64,000 nucleotides of DNA. Source: Trypanosoma brucei. Its lineage: Eukaryota. Below are positions 43,401-50,792 of this stretch, piece by piece. A program made the translations under genes and the position numbers. The stretch covers positions 896,001 to 960,000 of the forward strand of contig CP000069.1 in NCBI GenBank assembly GCA_000002445.1, written 5' to 3'. Within the stretch, counting starts at the first letter, position 1. Each line of letters starts with the position of its first letter. The notes under the pieces are model-generated. The model was not told the DNA's origin and did not search any database. It was given only the letters and a program-made list of their open reading frames with translations.

Positions 43401-45045
43401 GCAGGCATGCGAGCTTACGTACAATCCGACCCAAGTGGGAAGCTCAATTCATCAAACGTTTCTTTTAGAGTTCGATAACGCTCCACCGATCCCTCTGAAT
43501 TTAGAGGCACATTGCGTCGATATACCTAAACCTGACACTGTTTTGGAATTCACCTGCAAAATAAGGAGCTCCGTGACGAAAACCCTGACAATTGAAAACC
43601 CAACCAACACGGTGTGGACGCTTCGACCAACTATAAACAACAAGTTCTGGTCAACTGTGAAGTCATTGACGGTAAATCCGAAGAGCCGGGCGTTGCTCTC
43701 CGTCACTTACTCACCGTTTTTGTATACGAAGGAAAAAGACATCGGAAATCTCTTCATTCCCCTACCGTCAGGCGAAGGTCGCAGCGTACAGTTGGAAGGC
43801 ATCCCTCAGAGCGCTTTCGAAGGAGGTTCTGCCAATGAAAAGGTGGTTGAAGCCAATACTGTGCACACTGAAATATTTGAACTGCAGAATGATACACCGA
43901 ATACCCTTCGCTTCCGTTCATCTGCCAACTGGCTGACTGAGCCTGATAAGGGCACAGTAACTGTAAAGATGCCAATGACGATTGATGTTCCGGCAAAACA
44001 GAAGAGGGAAGTAAGCATTGATATAATATCGACGAGTGAAGGGATTTTACAGGGCGCCATTGTCTTCCTTTGTCAGAGTAGGGAAGAATATTCTCGGGCA
44101 CTGGACCTGTCATTTAAGGTGGTACCAAAGGTTATGTCAGCAAAAGCGGAACTTATTGCACCAGTGCGGACGACAGCAACATACAAACTTCCGATTACGA
44201 ATCCCTTGAACAAGAATGTAACATTTACTATACGGGTAGAAAATGGCAGTGACGTGATCTCTGTAGATTCTCAAATTACAGTAAAAGAAAAGAGCACGGT
44301 TGAGCTTCCTATAAACTTCTTTCCACTGGTTCACAAGGAGTACCCCGTTGCAACAGTGACGGCGGCAAGCAATGAAATTGGGAGTGTTGTATGTAAATTG
44401 CATCTTCGATCCATTGCCCCACGGCCGTCGGTAGTTACGCGGGTGTCGTGCCCACTCGGGCAAAATGTGGAGTTTCCACTGAAGTTTACGTCATACAGTA
44501 AAACGAACTGTGAGTTTACAATAAGGTTACCCGATGAGTCGAAATTCTCGCCTTTCTCGAGGATAGCAAACTCTAGTAGTATCAAAGTGCAGGGTTGTTC
44601 ACGGTCAGAGGGGACAGAAGTGACGGTAGATATGTTGTACGAACCCTCAACTGTCGGTGATGATAGACAAACTATTGAAATAGTGTCGCAAACAGCTGGT
44701 GTTTACATTTTCCCCATTGTTGGTACATGCCTGCCACCGCGCCGTCAGGGCCCCTTTGCTGTTCGAACAAATCAGACCACACCAATCACATTCAAGAATG
44801 TGTTCAACGAGGCCATGACCATTAACGTTTCAACGGATTCTCCTTGCTTTGTCGTTAGCAAAACAACGGAGACAATACCACCCAAGAAAGTTATTTCGAT
44901 TGGAGTTCAGCATCGATGGGATGAGGAGCGGCGTGATGCGTACGCATCTAAGCTTACAATCAGTGGGGTGCACAAAGGAGAAACAATTAGTTGGATTTAC
45001 TACCTAAAACTTGCTACAGCCGACCAGCAAACACCTCCTCCATGA
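31480..45045 (+). CDS. HYDIN: Hydin (hydrocephalus-inducing protein homologue), the flagellar central-pair apparatus protein, 4521 aa
   Basis: Single uninterrupted 13.6 kb ORF. Repeated ASH/MSP-like Ig-fold segments throughout. Embedded adenylate-kinase-like P-loop VVVGPPCSGKTTQTQKLKE near aa 1785, as in the Hydin_ADK domain. The size and architecture match Hydin. Confidence 0.8.
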   Translation: MPVKQPPRVTRERKAASETAALELPATNENTRKAAMSPSGSSEQAVFEVHPREIVFADFVMHESYEVALSLKNISREAQFVRVRQSHDRFVTLVSPLPHAKSTKVAPGLTVVYKVVFRSEDERDYSSDIIVTTSQEEFTIPLRAIANRGRLDLPESFAVSPSPVKCSGSTTLFLRNKGKLDCQWRAVCQAPFAISPSSGVVPSEGGVLPVSIVFTPPKLQTYSGSIVFLLGPEENAVQELPVSGSAMELSIIQDKSEALFPDTFVTLESQVMISVRNESDRTIHFTWKAEQTDHQEKCATENAIAEQSGALTYAVLSNAEHESTRQRLAREYIDHITKGGRVFDDDVFTIEPVSGVIYGKGSREFIVTFNPQLAVSYLSTAYLDIEGKNQRLPLQMKGKGLAPLCELEFTTLDIGDIVVGAVHEYRVEIINKGCVEARYKVMPQDTLMGRKFSFSPPEGVLPPGTTETFVIRLESDLLGIILETFNIHIHGALDGLKLFFRGRVTSPSLQFNRKELNFGNVSYTTHHSCSLQVMNTGSFDIRYKLRIPESSPLCNCITVTPCEGLIPEGGVHDICVDLVSNALGSRETKLLVDVEDVGDAVHTLPIKFFCLVPTLQPSQDQLHYGHCFVGHNYTMNLEVVNKTALVGKFSVFLQELLDTQADTAIVSIGSPDNTDGVEVIEARSRCLVPITLTPLAVGELRMTLYVRVLGSEEQLMPVLVTASACGPTVVAVPRHLSFGGLQLLDEKELQLTLTNMSSITAYFTTEFLLGAAKTEEPVFFLEPTEGEIEPEGTFIIKVRARLDEARTFEEKIRVAVRHSEKTSQVIDVVANGKGYALVPQDDADEFDFGDIFTETTVEKKLIILNKGRRDIEVIWSGLSRNRAGRGGMPNVFSVNPEMALIPARKSYEFVVQGYATTKGVFSDCFTLKDKNRYKVVLSKSVQGNFITPSIAYSTKKVVFDYIYGTEGDTGCAVTTKTFTMKNTCTRTLHVSLRCLTPANGSSSPFTLENPTTFALSSGETRIVGVTCDALYRRDNIAHSAKGRVLVTFSNHTTTEYVYLTVNIALPNVSIVPDTRQLNFGSVLADTEKRLQITLTNLSEIVSANFHWGIETLGHPAATSNAKVPLAEEEEREEQQEQQLIRKHFDIIPFRGSIPPGGKTVVEAVFYGARGRHEANAKCSLEGGPSYSVNLIGWSDVAVRFDRTSLDFGIMHYKDRATRTICISSPLRVAVPFSVDLTRLKQPESLTVRPLRGTVTTKVYLTVTFGPMIPEEVIETFTVQVGHLHPQVIKVRGLGQVSTMSVVPGEKNVKLRRVEDPIFQEFFNELSKREWVPHHTKMGSSNPIPHVDPSVLEAERLTLCQTILPTRELVPSVCSASPPPQTTTSEGQQEEIPPLLARYILDFGHVTRQDVRTAKLLLVNTSTCSTSISLEKNSQQPPVVTVEPLKIPTMAPISHTEFVVTLHASEIEKGSTGADRREITLNLAKGPRVIIEVHYYLATPMLTPESHVVDFGDLRPGHIHVKNVHFYNNEAAPCSWTFKLIETKKKGEAQDPRRSPSIETVYKKQFKIGKERGILPPYSCMAVQMSFHSWYVGPAKARLRLRFASNPNDEYMTIIGNVRDVKVNISPTPVNFLPLLPCEAVYHTLTITNNEEHPIEVVCMNYDQKVRIERRALQRFLQGVTPTQEEKGLYLPLREAGDALPEGLLDATFENLNAEETALEFVGVDESLERALERRRGSYSSRAGQIGRQPSRRQSMDKPDAIALRSKSLSCKNSFSVVNPKVIVVVGPPCSGKTTQTQKLKESSGVVELDLDAMILSEAEFDTAEGELIRGLLSDYDKLHAAPPVMPTGRHSDKLNPLLPLANSKVVILLHTLVVRQLKKVDNVTAVVIDDLKSIITENREAVLFAISKAAQVTGMTLKIISLGVSEVTADLRRNLDIQRKCNETAEAAKIPLLTEEEYEELSEGERDTYNHQLLYYNKCKRDLADVTKEVTRLAEEKENNEQHTVQKVIDAEMAAKEEMEERMRASTKGKRYVPEQRPAPVWHKLSDLERYKELYIHLRERKDLDHIIVDGENCKDLTEHVISNENSNGALDAFLRGSVTENANDKNRLINIWNFGANGVWEFVSEEYLNTTHEAYEGLRIFSRTPRDLSTKKNPKGAVPVVASPLVEASRWLIAPMSSTDVTLVFCSSRLGQFSTPLTFGITGTSQQIVVPVATSTLYPDICRDEKRIFRTVKTRAVAGRQVSGVFLLSKRSYEFGPLIVHGNDGSACGNSKVSSSLRNESPSMGKSTSSFRGWVAQDTLTLTNDGIVPAEVNMSFGKEKDLTFAVAPNKVTIPVGETVTVMLRANPESIGEITAKLVVTVRDNPAPWFVNVSCIGTRPSVTLDGKRDLVVQYGRSLVTRPVEKTFTISNVSFVPVHWRITGMDKLPNEFELSATSGVLEVSGAQKLALAFKPIKPGMHSLSLKVEVMDSEEALYESLPLTIKAEAHDAVVEWTRHVNFKMIHVGETKKELIRILNKSPYDIGYMLRMPKALQNVITLSPVSGTVRGLIGYRDAAIASVEVSIRFDREGEIPPTLGVIEASFYDPQSNELLYPVQNITVTGEAWYNQFSVRPSFIDFGPCVAHQKKVSTFELRNTGRFPLNFKLFNYKKAMSVSTPEEEEFVPRRGRKTAKGDVGFQLGSFNISPNVGVVGVGDSCTFNVTSVLSNLQDQREVLGIHVDHCDPEIEKTGTAFHIVASPTTPGIVGNLSSSLDVETVFEEQQIVTSLSCFNGPVRAFAKEECLFSFGQSLLGSRVEERFRIANLCTLTCTVKVRLLPKNMYEWKEKDRKDRKDKSAHGTAEGFLLLIDGELREEGTIELSSFESRFVTVCFAPQTLQSFTARFEAIAVDGTNPATNSLRFDLAGEGILPTVQYIFPPPLQITAPIIVNTVSGTGGKGKGKESRKAAVAKPTAHEVAPPPPADTIQMPLTFVGSSVTRCFRVRNNSDIPVHIRLTAPDDVPLGMTVTKLKEQLLVPPTGEEAFSVTLAPHKVDKWKTRLRVSVTENPFDDRELWVVGESFHRPISFHNTDPLMEERLTLGYWYLSQVKEHTFTVANNTPFAVRFEWNQSSRALSFSPRVGHLPSGASRDITVRLYSEAVSKDNVLCVMQVTSIECVDGDDWDDRQTKERWLSTVVSETDDVSAISDGEGRPTFRKVVGAVAEPAYRATENFSCNKNLVVSYACEPTTYELTLPSNENVELSEGITFPTTKIFQKRFITMRIENTGPNVLPFSIEVKKNEDEERTSLDLSGVFIAEPSSGAVEPHTTCDVRVTFAPKCVDVADRVLVVNLKHSAKPQHIIPLQGSAECPLVHFNIPQCDYFSTRVDGEAGSVILPNTIPVVFNVCGLNTKSVVTFKVINPTATIQRYEWISNEMSRHLAPFRCLTPAGSISAGKQCEMAFEYTSTSLATRESLWNFFISGQTSVPFMLVGKAHEPNLFLNVNKVFFGGTPVGSKNERVVILENKEDSPFSFSFDNASMNSEKDFVGMKPTRGVVQAKSSVQITIWFCPKEEIAVNMKLVCRVKRASNPLTINVKGEGLRTHSSMCIEDVEGAEHKEPIVVTPYHPFQYNLGRTQVNTIVKKKLVISNEGSCPFDFVMTTPEHRFLTFSGTFGTLQPKQRAEVTLVYFPTSSEALRNLTLACRISKRVVYTIRLSAASYTPKVMLGFSRYDFGLCFVSEYMCGQTPPSVLLNLTNGETDESVTVDYILPEGQYFDMDTASTVLAPGETKRAKITFNPAEVGEFGCDLKLLVNGHYPLFVPIRGEGVVPRIEVSSRFLRLGVARIGERRTAELRLECRSRTLTTVSLANCIDVELAARGISLFPSEEFVMRPDEARTITAVFKPQSRMAEFQREISMVVCGKEMPFALITASCEDAEVHLDVQNVLFNNVVVGAVSTQRVVIMNSGDISQRFSWDAAMKTNRDLKIIPAAGVIRAHAEQACELTYNPTQVGSSIHQTFLLEFDNAPPIPLNLEAHCVDIPKPDTVLEFTCKIRSSVTKTLTIENPTNTVWTLRPTINNKFWSTVKSLTVNPKSRALLSVTYSPFLYTKEKDIGNLFIPLPSGEGRSVQLEGIPQSAFEGGSANEKVVEANTVHTEIFELQNDTPNTLRFRSSANWLTEPDKGTVTVKMPMTIDVPAKQKREVSIDIISTSEGILQGAIVFLCQSREEYSRALDLSFKVVPKVMSAKAELIAPVRTTATYKLPITNPLNKNVTFTIRVENGSDVISVDSQITVKEKSTVELPINFFPLVHKEYPVATVTAASNEIGSVVCKLHLRSIAPRPSVVTRVSCPLGQNVEFPLKFTSYSKTNCEFTIRLPDESKFSPFSRIANSSSIKVQGCSRSEGTEVTVDMLYEPSTVGDDRQTIEIVSQTAGVYIFPIVGTCLPPRRQGPFAVRTNQTTPITFKNVFNEAMTINVSTDSPCFVVSKTTETIPPKKVISIGVQHRWDEERRDAYASKLTISGVHKGETISWIYYLKLATADQQTPPP

Positions 45046-45672
45046 GAGGCGGGTTGGGTAATCGAGTGAAGGGAGGGGTTTACCTTTGAGAATTTGGGTG
45101 ACGCCCCCTTTTTTCTTTTTTCTACATGAATGTAATGAGAAAATGAGAAGGTGTGGGTCCTAAGTCATTGACGGCCTTATTCGGTGTAGTCATGATCAGC
45201 ACAAAGGAAGTATATATTTATATGTTGGAGGGGGCGGTGGGGTTTGGAACCTTTGGTGTTGGTGGTGTTAGTTCGGAAGTTGCTGTGTTCGTGGATTCAT
45301 GTAAATAAATTATACTTTCTTTGCTTCATTCTGAAGTATAATTCAGCAGAGAGTGGGAGGCAAAGGAACGAAAACACCATGAAAGAACGCGGCTGAAAGC
45401 TGCGTCCTATACAGAATTTGTCGTTGATGTTTGATTGTCGTTACCATTAAATGATGTATAATGTGTAGACAGGTGATTTTTTTTTCAAATAGACAAATAC
45501 CAACATAACAAGGTAAGCAACATTCGATGTGATGAGATGCTCGTTGCGTTGGAAACGGAGAGGTCTTAGTAGCTAGAGAGAAAGATAGGCAAATGAGAGA
45601 AGTATGTTACGGAAATTGATTAGTAAATTCATGAAACATTGATGATTACGATACGGAAGGACGAGGGCCACG

Positions 45673-45786
45673 TCTTTTTTGTTTCGATTTTCAGGTTTAT
45701 TTTGTTTGTCGTTTCTTTCTTTCCCATTCACGTGTTTACTCTTCTTTTCCCTCTCGAGAATCTCCTCCTCACTCTTGTTTGTTGGG
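45673..45786 (+). promoter_or_regulatory. extended pyrimidine-rich region upstream of the SF3a60 gene
   Basis: T/C-rich for over 100 nt (tcttttttgtttcgattttcaggtttattttgtttgtcgtttctttctttccc...ctcctcctcactcttgtttgtt). Confidence 0.35.
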
Positions 45787-46150
45787 ATGCAACTGACCAT
45801 AGCATCATCGTTCCCCCCCCTTTAACTGTTTCTTTACATGGTTAGACTGGGCGTTCACTTTAAGTGAGTGTTTCAAAGATATACGAAGAAGAGTGCTTTG
45901 TCGATAACCTCAGCAACCGAGAGAAACAGTAGTTGTGCTGCTGCAAAATGCTTGCTACGTTTTGTAGTTTGTTCTAATTTATTACTTTCCCTTTCTCTAT
46001 TTATTTTGTCTATATATTTTATACTTACGTTGATTTACATATTCTTGGGGGGGGGGCACATAGGGTTGTTCGTTTGATCATCTCCTAACATTGTCCATAC
46101 ACACGCAGAAAGAAGACGATCTTCGTCATCTCTAGTGACAAGTGGGTTCC

Positions 46151-47779
46151 ATGTTTGGTGGAGTTTTAGAAAAGATTCGGCTTTTTGAAGCTGACATTGA
46201 GCGTCACATCGACAGCATTGTACAGCAACTACTCATTGAGGATATCTCGAACAAACGTCATCAGCTTCTTCGAGATTACTTTATAATACAACAAGCTGAG
46301 GCTGTTGAACCCATTGCTGAGAAACTATTGGATATTTATCTTGATCAGGACGATATTGTGTCAGCCCAGGAGGCTCCGGCGGAGGGTGAAGCAGTTTACA
46401 GCAATGCGCTGAAGGAGTTTGAGGCTCGCATTGCTGACATCCGGGAGTATCACCGAACCTTTAGAGACGTTCCTACGGTGAAGTGTGAGCTTGATCTACC
46501 CGATGTGAATGCACTTGATAACGTTTTTACACTCGCAGAGAGGTATGGCAGTTGCCTTGACCTGGAGGCCCATTATCATCGGTACAGCAACTTTATGCTT
46601 TCGACCAGCAAACGGGCACTTGAAACAAATCACACGGTGGGGACTGCATGGCCTGGTCGGGTTGAGTATCTTACCTTTGTGACCAGTGTTATAAACATAA
46701 TACTCAATGATGTGGACCCTTATCGCAAGGTATATGGCTTCTGGTCTTATAAGGAATTCGTGGAGGAGTTGCTCAAATACCTGGTTCATTTTCACAAACG
46801 TGTACTGGTAATGGAAAGTGATGTACTTGAATCAACACTCGCCAAGTGCGATGCGGACGCTGAGGAATTCTGGTCGAAGCTTGTGGAGCATAAGAAATCT
46901 GTAGTAACCATTAGTAGCACAGCTGTGGCGCTACCGGGGACATCTGGGAAGTCTGTATCCTCGCTGCATGCCCCTGCACCACTGCGGAGGTATGTGAAGG
47001 CATTTGCACTGTGGCCCATAACTTACGTGGAATCCGTTACACCTTCTGAGATTGAGAAGCCACCTTCACTCGAAGAAGTCAAGGCTGTGGTGCACATTGA
47101 GGCAAAAATCGTTGTCTTGCTTCAAACTCTTTTGTTCGAACACCTACAAGAGACAGAAAAGGTTCTTCTGCGTGATTACAGTAAAACAGTGGAGGAACTG
47201 GAGTGGGAGAGGGATAACATGCAGGCGGAGTTCCTTCGATCTGTAGAGGAGGCAAAAAAGAGATGCGCCACCACTGTTGAAGGAAGTGTTGTACAGGCTG
47301 CCCAACATGAGGTTGCTGTTGCCTTCGCCCCCGAGGAGGGTAAAGAGGTTCCCACAGCTAATGGCGTTTTAGCACCCGGGACGAAGGCGGGCGATACCAA
47401 CGACCAACTACTCGATAGTGACGGGAAACCAGTTGCACGGTGGCTGGTGTGTTTGCAGCAACTGCATAAGAGATTTTACTGCGAGGTATGTGGTGGAACT
47501 GTATATATTGGTCCCAAGGTGTTCAAGGACCACTTCGGTGCGGAGAGACATGCGGAAGGGTTGCGACGACTTGGTGTTACTCTTCACTTGAAGAATTATG
47601 AAGGTATTTCGTCCATACGTAAGGTAATTGAGATGCGGGATAAAGTGATGGGAAACAGTCGTAGTCTACGAAAGCGCATTCATGCTGATCAGGAAGATGA
47701 AGAAATGCAAGATGCCCAGGGAAACGTGATTACCGCGGGTGCTTACAGAAAGTTTCAGATGTCGAGGAAAACAGGTTGA
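46151..47779 (+). CDS. SF3A3: splicing factor 3a subunit 3 (SF3a60/PRP9) homologue
   Basis: C-terminal matrin/U1-type zinc finger FYCEVCGGTVYIGPKVFKDHFGAERHAEGLRRLGV matches SF3A3 [34 protein letters not shown]. The acidic tail QEDEEMQDAQGNVITAGAYRKFQ matches EEEYEDSSGNVVNKKTYEDLKRQGL. The track start at 46142 is GTG; the first ATG is at 46151. Confidence 0.75.
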   Translation: MFGGVLEKIRLFEADIERHIDSIVQQLLIEDISNKRHQLLRDYFIIQQAEAVEPIAEKLLDIYLDQDDIVSAQEAPAEGEAVYSNALKEFEARIADIREYHRTFRDVPTVKCELDLPDVNALDNVFTLAERYGSCLDLEAHYHRYSNFMLSTSKRALETNHTVGTAWPGRVEYLTFVTSVINIILNDVDPYRKVYGFWSYKEFVEELLKYLVHFHKRVLVMESDVLESTLAKCDADAEEFWSKLVEHKKSVVTISSTAVALPGTSGKSVSSLHAPAPLRRYVKAFALWPITYVESVTPSEIEKPPSLEEVKAVVHIEAKIVVLLQTLLFEHLQETEKVLLRDYSKTVEELEWERDNMQAEFLRSVEEAKKRCATTVEGSVVQAAQHEVAVAFAPEEGKEVPTANGVLAPGTKAGDTNDQLLDSDGKPVARWLVCLQQLHKRFYCEVCGGTVYIGPKVFKDHFGAERHAEGLRRLGVTLHLKNYEGISSIRKVIEMRDKVMGNSRSLRKRIHADQEDEEMQDAQGNVITAGAYRKFQMSRKTG

Positions 47780-48263
47780 TTGGCAACTCGTAAAGAATAG
47801 TTATTATACCTGCTGCTGTGCACCTCCCGTTGTGTTTGCGTATGTGCACAATTTCTGTTAGGTTGCGAGATTGTTTCGCATAAGTACTTGGTAAGTTTGT
47901 TGTGATTTGGTTGCTGTGTAGCAGGTTAAGCTGCTAGCTTTGTTGTTTGTGTGTGTGCTCGTAATCCCAACTAAAATGGGAGGACCTGTGCAGAATCATA
48001 AGTCACTTCACCTCCTTTTACACTTCTTATCATCAACATCATGAATAATGCCACTAACGAGTGCGAGTGTCTGTGGCATCCACTGGCTCTGCACTTTTTT
48101 TTTTAAAGCTTATATTATTGTGTGTTCTCTCAATTATTGTCTTTACAGTTGTAGGAGTTTCTCGTTTGCTGAAAAAGGAGAGAAAGTGTTTACTATTTTT
48201 ATATATACATGATTTTTTTTTCACTTTTGTTCTTTTGCTCTTTTCAATTACTGCCAATTGGAC

Positions 48264-49766
48264 ATGGTGTCGGTTCCTTTCCCCATGGTTTTAGAAAGGA
48301 AGAGGAGTAGGAACGAAGCTATGACGTCCAGTCGTGCGGCAGGGCGACTACGTTCCGCTACGAAACGAACTGAAAAGATAAAGGAACAAGTCATGAAATC
48401 TTCCACGTCTGTGTCACGCAGGACGATACCCCCTTCACAGCGGAAAATGTTAGAACAAACGCAATCGGTTTCACAACTTTCTGAGGCATCGACGGGGAAT
48501 TTACCTCCGCACAAACTTTCGCAGCGCGAATTGGTTCGTGTTCATGGCTGGGAACCTGTTGTAAAACCTCTGCGGGATACCGATGCGGTGTCTCTTCCTG
48601 GCACAGCTACCACAGGTGTTGTGTGGAGGAATGATATCACGAATGCGACACTCATACCGAACGACGTGGGTGGCGGTGTTCGTACGCGTAGAGCGGCGGC
48701 AAGACTTGCTGCTGGTGTAGAACCCCCAAACTATTTGGTATACTCTCGTGACCCACACGTTAAGTCTAAGCGTAGGGGACAACATAATGTACACGTTACT
48801 GAAGATGTGCCTTCTGCTAGTGCCTCGGGCGCCGTTTTGAGTGGCGTTTCATTAACTTTATCCAAGGCGGTGCGCAGCAGATGGCGTGGGATTAAAAGTG
48901 TTGACAATGGGGAGAATAAACAACAGGATGGTAATGAGATCGGTGAGGATAAGCCAAACAGCGTTGGTGACGACGATGCAAAATTCGTAGGTGAGGGAAA
49001 TGGTGAGAAGAGACAGGATGGACGAGTGAAAAAAAGCGAAGGGCCAGAAGAAATAGAAGAGGAGAATGGAGCAGATTCCATAGATGCTAAGGAGGAAAAA
49101 GTTGGAAAAGTAGAAGACATGGGAGAAATGAAAGAAAACGTTGAGGAACAAAATAACAACCCCCACAGTGATGAAGAAATTACTGATCAATCTGAAGATG
49201 AAAAAGAGAGTGGGGAGGAGGTGGGGAATGAAACCCCCGCAGAAGATGCAGAAAATCGGGAAGGGGATGGTGACACGCCTCGAGGCCGGCGGCGGAGGGG
49301 TTTAGCGAGTTGGTTGTCTCGCCGTCGGAGTCGCTTTGGCTGTGAGCGGAGGAAGCGGAGACGAGCTGAAGCAGTTACCTCCGCTGATGGGCAGCAGCAG
49401 CAGCAGCAACAACAACGCATAGGTACCTTGTCTGCATCACAGGCGATGCTACCACCACCGTACAGGCGCAACCGCCGGTTAAAGCGAAAGCTTGATGTAA
49501 CGGAAGATTCTCCCATATTCGCATCGCATGCTGAGTTGCGGGATAAGGCATCACACATATTTGCGAGGGCTCCCTTTTCCACGGATGAGGATGTGTTGCG
49601 TTCGACTATCGACTGGCGGGACAATCCAACGCTGCTGTACGCCAGGTTGCTGTGGGAATTAGCTCCTCGTGAATTTCTTGGTATCGTTACGAAACGGCAA
49701 GAGGAAAGAACAGCGTCAAGCGTTCTCCAAGGAGCTAACTCGACTATATCGGTGAAGAAGGAGTAA
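48264..49766 (+). CDS. hypothetical nuclear-type protein: acidic Glu/Asp-rich centre, Arg-rich basic patches, poly-Gln
   Basis: ATG ORF (track TTG at 48258). Segments EEIEEENGADSIDAKEEK.., GRRRRGLASWLSRRRSRFGCERRKRRR, QQQQQQQQ encoded by (CAG)5(CAA)3. No recognisable domain. Confidence 0.5.
   Translation: MVSVPFPMVLERKRSRNEAMTSSRAAGRLRSATKRTEKIKEQVMKSSTSVSRRTIPPSQRKMLEQTQSVSQLSEASTGNLPPHKLSQRELVRVHGWEPVVKPLRDTDAVSLPGTATTGVVWRNDITNATLIPNDVGGGVRTRRAAARLAAGVEPPNYLVYSRDPHVKSKRRGQHNVHVTEDVPSASASGAVLSGVSLTLSKAVRSRWRGIKSVDNGENKQQDGNEIGEDKPNSVGDDDAKFVGEGNGEKRQDGRVKKSEGPEEIEEENGADSIDAKEEKVGKVEDMGEMKENVEEQNNNPHSDEEITDQSEDEKESGEEVGNETPAEDAENREGDGDTPRGRRRRGLASWLSRRRSRFGCERRKRRRAEAVTSADGQQQQQQQQRIGTLSASQAMLPPPYRRNRRLKRKLDVTEDSPIFASHAELRDKASHIFARAPFSTDEDVLRSTIDWRDNPTLLYARLLWELAPREFLGIVTKRQEERTASSVLQGANSTISVKKE
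49392..49416 (+). repeat. (CAG)5(CAA)3 trinucleotide repeat encoding poly-Gln inside the 48264 CDS
   Basis: cagcagcagcagcagcaacaacaa, in frame as QQQQQQQQ. Confidence 0.85.
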
Positions 49767-50792
49767 TATCTGTATGAGCCCACTATTGTGAACAAAATCC
49801 TTTTCTTCCCCTTCCCTTTCGATGGGTTCCGCATTTCTTGTATCAAACACGCCGTCACCGGCGTCATTGCGCGGGTGTTAGAGCATTTAACGCATTCCTT
49901 GTAGTTACTGTTCCCTGGAATATAATCTTTATATTCCTTTGGTAAGGGATGAAGACGACATGATTTGGGTCTGGGAGGCGTGTAACCGTTTCAGAGGTCT
50001 CACATTGTCGTTGGATAAAAAATATCAATATATATATATATATTTACACTCCGGGAGTACGTGGACGGAATGGCACATGCATCGTTTTATCGTCGGTTTT
50101 TTCTTTTCTGGTTTGTATCTCTCTTTTCCCGAATGGAATTGAAAAAAAAAATAGCGGTGACGAGCACATACTAATCTTTCCCTCATTATCGTTGAATTTG
50201 TTCCTTTTTTGCCTTCCCTCTCTTTATTTGCTCATCGAAACTTCATTGAATTTGTCTTATTTGTGAACGTATTTTCTCTTCCGTTTTTCCATTTACACTT
50301 GTACTCGAAATTAGGTTGAAGAAGGTCCGTTTCTTCATTGGCTGAGGCAAAGGAGGAACAAGAAAAAGGCTTGAAAACCGCAAAGCCCTTGTTGAAGGAT
50401 CTACTTTACGGAAGGTATTCACCTACAAAAAGCAACGTTATATATATATATATTTTATTATTCACCGATCAAGTTTTTTTTAAAAAAAGAGAGTTATACA
50501 CGAAAAAGTTAAAAAAACACAAAGGAAAAAAAATAGGAGAAACCCGTGGATTTGGCTACCACTGCGGAAAGGTGGGGCAGCAGTAAGAAGGAAAGGGGGG
50601 AACTCTTGACCCCTGCGAGGTGTCTTGAGCCATTAAAATACAAAAGTACTCAAGAACGAGATATACGTGATAACAAGAATCAATTCTTTTGTTCTGTATT
50701 ATACCTTTGTATCTCGTGTATTAGCCTTTTTTATTTTTGTTTTTGTGTACGCGGCACTGATTTTGGTACTTGTGGCGTGAGATCGGGTCATT

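Noticed and set aside
49187-49867. 226-aa minus-strand ORF
   Set aside because: It is antisense to the acidic 48264-49766 CDS and is a mirror of its GAA/GAG-rich coding sequence (poly-Cys/Ser translation). It has no start context.
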